Assembly: GCA_963713825.1 (NCBI GenBank)
Contig: CAVQNG010000005.1
Location: 288,001 to 352,000 of the forward strand
DNA: 64,000 bases
Origin: an uncultured Acidobacteriota bacterium
GTDB lineage: Bacteria; Acidobacteriota; Thermoanaerobaculia; Multivoradales; JAHEKO01
Direction: 5' to 3'
In this document: piece after piece, positions 58,654 to 64,000 of the stretch
How the letters are laid out: each line of letters begins with the position of its first letter
How positions within the stretch are numbered: the first letter of the stretch is position 1
Translations under genes and position numbers: made by a program
The notes under the pieces: generated by a model
What the model was told of the DNA's origin: nothing
Database searches by the model: none
The model's input: only the letters and a program-made list of their open reading frames with translations

Positions 58654-59973
58654 ATGCCTGAGACGGCTCGCCGAGGTTGGGTCACGGCCTTGGTTGCGCT
58701 TGTCTTCGGCCTCGTACTGGCATGGGGGATGCTCCGCTTCGGTGGTGCTGAGACGGCCATCCTCTACCGGATCTTCCTTCTCCTTCTAGTCCCAGGGACG
58801 CTGGCAGTCGTCGGATTGCCGATGCGGCGCTTGGCCTCACCTCGCTTCGTTCTGGTTCTTGTCGTTGGGCTGCTATTGCTTGGCGGGGTTGCACTGAAAC
58901 CGAACCTCGAGGGACGCGGATATGTTCATCTGACGGTGGGCTGGCTGGCCTTGTTTCTGACTCTCAGAGTCGGGCTGGGAAACCGCTCACTGATTCGGTT
59001 TATGGCCTATGTGTTGATACTGCTTGGTGCAGTGGAGGCCCTCTACGGGCTAGCGCAAGCCATAGGTGGAGTGGACTTCATTGGCAGCTACTACCGCGGG
59101 TCGGGCCGCATTGCCACCGGCACCCTGATCAATCAGAACCACTTCGCGGGAATGCTCAACATGACTCTGCCCCTGGGCCTCGGGATCCTGTTTTCGAGGT
59201 ATGCCAGCCGCCGTAGGCGCGACGAGCCCCGCTCCGAGTCGTTGGCGGTGATTTGGATCGTGATCCTGGCCAGCTCCTTGATGGGACTCGCGGTGCTGCT
59301 CTCTCAATCCCGCGGGGGTACGATCAGCCTCATTGCCACCTTGCTGTTTTTGACGTGTCTGTTGGGCTTCGGCCGTAAGCTCTCCCGGGGAAGAAACCTC
59401 TCGGGCATGGTCGCCTGGGTCCTCCTGGCCACCATCCTGGGGCTCGGCCTGGTGGTAGGGGTCGATGCGCTGTTGGATCGATTCGGCCGCCTGGATCAGG
59501 ATCTCGAACGGTTCACCATCTACAGCGACACACTGGAGATGATCGGGGATGAACCCGTCACTGGGGTCGGCCCTGGAATGTACCGCTGGAGGTTTCGACC
59601 CTACCAAACGGTGGATGTGGCCCGACTCTACGATCATGCCCACAACGACTATCTCGAGAGCGCCGCGGAGTGGGGAGTTCCTTTGGCTCTTCTGGTTTGG
59701 GGATTCGTTCTCTGGCGTTTCAGCCGCACAGTGACGGTGTTTTTGACGTCGAGAGACTCCGAGCGACGGGGCCTCGCATTGGGCTGCTCGGCGGCCATCT
59801 TCTCGATCCTGACCCATAGTCTGGTCGATTTCACTCTGCAGATCCCCGCCCTTCTCATGCTCTTCTGCACGATCCTCGGTCTGGCCTGGTGTCTGGACGT
59901 CAGGCGGCGGCGAAACGATCCGATCTCCGCCGACGGAGTCGTGGCCATCGAGTCGCGGAGGGTCGTTCGATGA
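58654..59973 (+). CDS. O-antigen ligase/Wzy_C family membrane protein
   Basis: GTLINQNHFAG, SQSRGG, GVGPG, HAHNDYLE, HSLVDF. Confidence 0.88.
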   Translation: MPETARRGWVTALVALVFGLVLAWGMLRFGGAETAILYRIFLLLLVPGTLAVVGLPMRRLASPRFVLVLVVGLLLLGGVALKPNLEGRGYVHLTVGWLALFLTLRVGLGNRSLIRFMAYVLILLGAVEALYGLAQAIGGVDFIGSYYRGSGRIATGTLINQNHFAGMLNMTLPLGLGILFSRYASRRRRDEPRSESLAVIWIVILASSLMGLAVLLSQSRGGTISLIATLLFLTCLLGFGRKLSRGRNLSGMVAWVLLATILGLGLVVGVDALLDRFGRLDQDLERFTIYSDTLEMIGDEPVTGVGPGMYRWRFRPYQTVDVARLYDHAHNDYLESAAEWGVPLALLVWGFVLWRFSRTVTVFLTSRDSERRGLALGCSAAIFSILTHSLVDFTLQIPALLMLFCTILGLAWCLDVRRRRNDPISADGVVAIESRRVVR

Positions 59974-61295
59974 CGGTCCAGTCCAAAACCCAGCAGGGAG
60001 GTTTTGGCGATGCTCCTGTCGGGCTGGCGCTGCGAGTGCTGCTCCTGATCGGGATGGCACTGTCGGGGTGGCAGGTGCTGAAATGGGCCCAGGCCCTCGA
60101 TTTGGCCATACCCCGAAATGGGGTAACAGGATTGGAGCAGGCCCTGGAGCGGGACCCGAACTACTCGAGGGCGCAGTACCTCTTGGGAATGGTGCGGCGA
60201 GATATTCCGGGATTCGAGGATCTGGACACCTCCCTGCAACACTTCGCCCAAGCCGTTGGTCTCAACCCTTACAGCTGGCGGTACCGCCAAGAGCAATCCC
60301 GTGTGTTGGAGTTGGCCGGTAGCATAGCAAAGGCCGAAGATGCACTGGTAGAAGCGATTCGGCTCAACCCTCGAAGCGGCGCGTACCGCTGGCGTTTAGC
60401 CAACTTTCACCTTCGCCAAGGCTCCCAGCACGACGCCGTGCGCGAGATTGGCGCCGCAATCTACCTGGATCCGAGCCTCCAGCCTCCGGCTCTCTCCATG
60501 CTTCTCAAGCTGGGCCTCGACCTGGCTTCGATCGACGAGATCTGGCCAACTGATCGAATGGCCCGACTCCGCTTGCTGCGCGGCCTTTGCTCATTGTCTG
60601 TCGCTCCGTCGTTCGACGTTGGAACGGGTTCGGCTGCCGCCGACGGACTCTGGACCGATCTCCTGGCCGTCGAGCCTCCGATCTCGATGAACGACGGCCG
60701 GTTCTTCCCGCAATTCCTATTGACGATCGACCAACCCGCGGCGGCCCGAGAGGCCTGGATCGACCTCGCCAGTCGAAACGGACTTCTCGATTCCAAATTC
60801 AACTCAGGCCAAAACTCAATCTGGAATGGTGACTTCGAGCTTCCGCTGCAGGGCAGGCCTCTCGGTTGGGTGCTGGGCCGATCCGAACACTTCAAGGCGA
60901 ACCCGGTACAGGTTGAAGGTATCGATTCAGGCACGGCAATGAGGATCGAGTTCTTGGGCACAGAGAACCTCAACTTTGCGGGGTTGAGTCAGGATTTCGT
61001 GATCGAGCCAGGGACGAAGTACCAGCTCACCGGTCACCTGCGAACCGAAGAGATCAGCACCGACGAGGGATTGTTCCTGGAAGTCGTCGGGAAGACGAGC
61101 CATCGAGTGCTGCTGAGCACGGATCCAGTTCGGGGTACCGAAGACTGGAGAGAGGAGTCAGGCACCCTTGAGGTGGGGGGCGAATGGGAGGTGCTGATGA
61201 TTCGCTTGCGAAGGCGACCCAGTCGAATGCTCGATGGCAAGATTCGTGGCAAGATATGGCTCGACAAGGTCAGTCTGGAGCCAGTCGGTCCGTGA
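59970..61295 (+). CDS. TM-anchored TPR protein with C-terminal carbohydrate-binding-like (CBM4/9-type) domain
   Basis: ATGA overlap with the upstream gene; ALERDP and AIRLNP repeats; WNGDFE...GW; WLDKVSL. Confidence 0.7.
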   Translation: MTVQSKTQQGGFGDAPVGLALRVLLLIGMALSGWQVLKWAQALDLAIPRNGVTGLEQALERDPNYSRAQYLLGMVRRDIPGFEDLDTSLQHFAQAVGLNPYSWRYRQEQSRVLELAGSIAKAEDALVEAIRLNPRSGAYRWRLANFHLRQGSQHDAVREIGAAIYLDPSLQPPALSMLLKLGLDLASIDEIWPTDRMARLRLLRGLCSLSVAPSFDVGTGSAAADGLWTDLLAVEPPISMNDGRFFPQFLLTIDQPAAAREAWIDLASRNGLLDSKFNSGQNSIWNGDFELPLQGRPLGWVLGRSEHFKANPVQVEGIDSGTAMRIEFLGTENLNFAGLSQDFVIEPGTKYQLTGHLRTEEISTDEGLFLEVVGKTSHRVLLSTDPVRGTEDWREESGTLEVGGEWEVLMIRLRRRPSRMLDGKIRGKIWLDKVSLEPVGP

Positions 61296-61305
61296 GCCAG
61301 GTCCA

Positions 61306-61665
61306 ATGAGCCAGGTCCTAGTACACAAGTGTCCTGCCTGCCGGGTGAAAACGGAGTCCGTACGGATTCCGCCGCGGGGTTTCATCCAGACCTTCGTCCT
61401 GCTGCGTTTCGGCTTCTTTCCTTATCGATGCTTGGCTTGCGGCGCTCGCTATGTCCGCCTGCGGCGCTCGACCCTCGACCTGGATTTGGAAGGACCGGAG
61501 GCTCCTCTCAAGCCGACACCTCTGGTCGCGAAGCAGTTCCTTTCGACGCGTGATCATCAGCAGTTCCAGGACTTGGTCGGAGAGATCAAGAAGGCGGAGA
61601 AATGGGCCGGTTTGGAGCCCACAGAAGGTGAGGACCAGGAAGACGGCAAGGACGCGAAAGAGTGA
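61306..61665 (+). CDS. Small zinc-ribbon protein
   Basis: CPAC...PYRCLAC. Confidence 0.65.
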   Translation: MSQVLVHKCPACRVKTESVRIPPRGFIQTFVLLRFGFFPYRCLACGARYVRLRRSTLDLDLEGPEAPLKPTPLVAKQFLSTRDHQQFQDLVGEIKKAEKWAGLEPTEGEDQEDGKDAKE

Positions 61666-62339
61666 GATCTCCGGCCGTTCGTTGGGCCGCTGCCTCTCTT
61701 GTAGTGTTGACTTGGCTAGGGGCTGCTACTACAGGCGCAGCGGTGGAGCGTGGAACACTCGCGATTCAATCGAAACCCAACGTCGAGGTGCGTTGGGAAG
61801 GTGTCCTCTTGGGTACCACCGATCTGTCCGGCCAGATGTCGATCGGCAACATTCCCCCGGGAACCTACACCCTCACCTTCACTTCCCCGGGCTTCACCAC
61901 CCGAGTCGATTCTGTCGAAGTTTCCCCAGGACTCCAGGAATTGGATGCTTCCCTGAGTGCGACAACAGAGCAGACCCTGGATCCGGTGCCTGCCCCCGAG
62001 GTTCCAGAGTCCGATGTAGGGGAGGGGCTTGTCCCCTCCCTCGGCGTGGAGTCATCCACCCTCATCCTCCTCGTAGTGGTGGCCATTCTCGTTCTCACCG
62101 CCTTCCTGCTTGCCGACCGTCACTCGCGCCGTCGACAAACCGCTGCCAAGCCTCAGGGTCCTCGGATCGTCGTCCAGGGGACCTCCACACCGCCAAGGAA
62201 GCTGCCGACGTTCTACGATGACCTCAAGACCCGGGAGACCGACCTCGAGAAGCTCCGTGATGTCGGCTCTGGCCGATCCCAACGGCAGGTTATCGACGTA
62301 GAGGTCGCAGATCACGGTCCAGTGGAGGACGACCGGTGA
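61662..62339 (+). CDS. PEGA-like domain membrane protein
   Basis: GTLAIQSKPNVEV.W.G.LLGTT, IPPGTYTLTFTSPGF, followed by a TM helix. Confidence 0.7.
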   Translation: MRSPAVRWAAASLVVLTWLGAATTGAAVERGTLAIQSKPNVEVRWEGVLLGTTDLSGQMSIGNIPPGTYTLTFTSPGFTTRVDSVEVSPGLQELDASLSATTEQTLDPVPAPEVPESDVGEGLVPSLGVESSTLILLVVVAILVLTAFLLADRHSRRRQTAAKPQGPRIVVQGTSTPPRKLPTFYDDLKTRETDLEKLRDVGSGRSQRQVIDVEVADHGPVEDDR

Positions 62340-63334
62340 GCACTGGTTCGGCCCTACTCCTGGTCGCGGTCATCGTCAGCGCAGAGAATGGAGCGGCCCG
62401 AATCGACCAGGGCTCTTCCCATGGGCTCGAGCCAGGCGACCAGGGCCAGGTCTTTTATGCTCTGATCGTAGACGGCCGAGCCCAGAGGATCGATGCAGGC
62501 TCGGCCAGAGTGCTCGATACCAACGAAAGTACTGCCTCTGTCCAGGCAGCACCCGGGACCGAGCTCCGCCCCGGCTACGAGATTGAATTCAAGCTGCCCA
62601 CGTCTCGTACAAAGGCCCCACCGGCTGATCTAGGGGAGGGGCCTGCCCCCTCCCTCGACCCTGATGCGGATATCGCCCCTGCTCCCTCACCCGTTGATTT
62701 GCCCCCACCCTTGCCTATTGTCACGGCCGAAACCGCGCCTACCATTGAAGCGGCCGGACCTGTGCCGGCCGGGGTGCGTTCGCCCGAGCCCGATGCGATT
62801 TCGGCTCCCGCTCCCTCGCCCCCAACACGTACCACGGTCCTGATCCCCGCTGGCAGCTACTCGATCGGTCGCGATCTCCTGACCGCCGAATTTCACAACC
62901 AGACTCCGAGGTTCGAATTCGAAACAAGAGCAATCACGATCGATCGGCGACCGGTCACGGTCGAGCAGTACCTGGCTGCCGAAAACTCTCCTATTGGCGA
63001 ACAGATCCCGACCGATCCAGTCCGGGCAGTCACGTGGCTCGAAGCCGAGTCTTACTGTCACTCCGTAGGAGGGCGGCTTCCCTCCGAGCTCGAGTGGGAG
63101 ATCGCTGTTCAGCTGCCCGACGTCGAAAGCCCATCGGGTTTGCTGGAGTGGACAGAGTCCTGGTATTCGCCCTATCCGGGCAACGTTCGCCAAGAAGAGC
63201 AGTACGGCACGACCTACCGCGTTCTGCGTGGCGGCCCATCGGGAGCCACCTTCGACCCTCATGCGCGACGCTTCATGGCTCCTGATCAACGCAACTCTAG
63301 TGTCGGCTTCCGCTGCGCTAGCGCTGATGGGTAG
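62336..63334 (+). CDS. Exported protein with Pro-rich linker and FGE-sulfatase (SUMF1-like) domain, probably non-catalytic
   Basis: IPAGSYSIG, VTWLEAESYC, RLPSELEWEIA, RVLRGG, VGFRCA. Confidence 0.8.
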   Translation: MSTGSALLLVAVIVSAENGAARIDQGSSHGLEPGDQGQVFYALIVDGRAQRIDAGSARVLDTNESTASVQAAPGTELRPGYEIEFKLPTSRTKAPPADLGEGPAPSLDPDADIAPAPSPVDLPPPLPIVTAETAPTIEAAGPVPAGVRSPEPDAISAPAPSPPTRTTVLIPAGSYSIGRDLLTAEFHNQTPRFEFETRAITIDRRPVTVEQYLAAENSPIGEQIPTDPVRAVTWLEAESYCHSVGGRLPSELEWEIAVQLPDVESPSGLLEWTESWYSPYPGNVRQEEQYGTTYRVLRGGPSGATFDPHARRFMAPDQRNSSVGFRCASADG

Positions 63335-63353
63335 ATGTAGGCTACCGATAGCC

Positions 63354-64000
63354 ATGCGCTTCGTCGATCTGCACTGTCACCTCCTCCCAGGTCTGGACGA
63401 TGGAGCCGCTTCGCTTCAGGACAGCGTGGACATACTCCGGTTTGCCTATCAGCGGCGGACCCGGGGGGTCGTGGCCACACCGCATTCCTTTCAGCCAATG
63501 TTCACGACGCCCGGCCCGGTCGAGCTGCATGACGCCTTTGCTCGGCTGATGAATGACCTGCGCCAGCTCTCCCAGGAGGCCGAGACGTCGTTTCTGACGG
63601 AGATGGCAATCTACCTCGGCTCGGAGAATCTGGTTTCCCCCGAGTTCCTGGAAGCTCTCGCGAACCGAGAGGTCCTGCCCGTCAATGGGAGCCGCTACCT
63701 GATGGTGGAGTTCCCTCCTTTTCTCGCCTATTCTCTTGTCGAGTCGGCCATCGAGAAGATTCTGGCCGCGGAGCTGGTACCTCTCCTGGCCCACGTCGAA
63801 CGCTATGGGTTCTTTCATCGGCGACCGGGGAGAGTGGGCAACCTGAGGCAGAAGGGCTGCGTGATCCAAGTGAATGCCGAAATTCTCGAAGAGGGCAGGC
63901 TGGGAGATGGCTCGAGACTCGCGCTGTCCCTGGCCAGGCGCGGGCATCTGGACGTCATCGCATCGGATGGTCACGACGTCGGGGCCCGTCCTCCCGACAT
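63354..64000 (+). CDS. Second PHP-family tyrosine phosphatase (3' end outside window)
   Basis: Manual translation MRFVDLHCHLLPGLDDG...ATPHSFQPMF...LAHVERY...ASDGHD; paralog of 54535-55287. Confidence 0.9.
   Translation, partial: MRFVDLHCHLLPGLDDGAASLQDSVDILRFAYQRRTRGVVATPHSFQPMFTTPGPVELHDAFARLMNDLRQLSQEAETSFLTEMAIYLGSENLVSPEFLEALANREVLPVNGSRYLMVEFPPFLAYSLVESAIEKILAAELVPLLAHVERYGFFHRRPGRVGNLRQKGCVIQVNAEILEEGRLGDGSRLALSLARRGHLDVIASDGHDVGARPPD

Overview
GC-rich bacterial chromosomal segment. The gene repertoire (Acidobacterial-type VWA protein, Oar-like TonB-dependent receptor, short PheT, zapA-6S-rny-ymdB) suggests Acidobacteriota; this is an inference. From left to right the window holds: a TonB-dependent receptor running off the left edge, with a sigma54 promoter and IHF site; a transglutaminase-like/TPR lipoprotein and a VWA protein; two tRNA-Val genes and a thrS-rpmI-rplT-pheST-zapB-zapA-6S-rny-ymdB core cluster that lacks infC; a cell-envelope modification block (GT2, GH38, ArnT-like, PagL-like, AlgI/AlgJ-like, sulfatase-like); tlyA-nadK-tamB-Omp85; sat/cysC-cysQ-sulfatase-like; CIRCE-controlled groESL; nucleotide-sugar genes with a deletion/duplication scar; metF, a LOV-PP2C photoreceptor, a SAM-I/IV riboswitch and metH; and the start of an atypical Wzc-type polysaccharide locus. 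The strongest unexplained signals are: (1) a ~540-nt non-coding element at 22783-23321 with long terminal inverted repeats and nested G-U-rich stems, which has a short relative at 45303-45431; (2) a blue-light LOV-PP2C phosphatase embedded between metF and B12-dependent metH; (3) Thr/His-type sulfatase-like exported proteins coupled to PAPS-synthesis and O-acylation genes. All calls come from reading motifs by eye; no database search or folding calculation was run.
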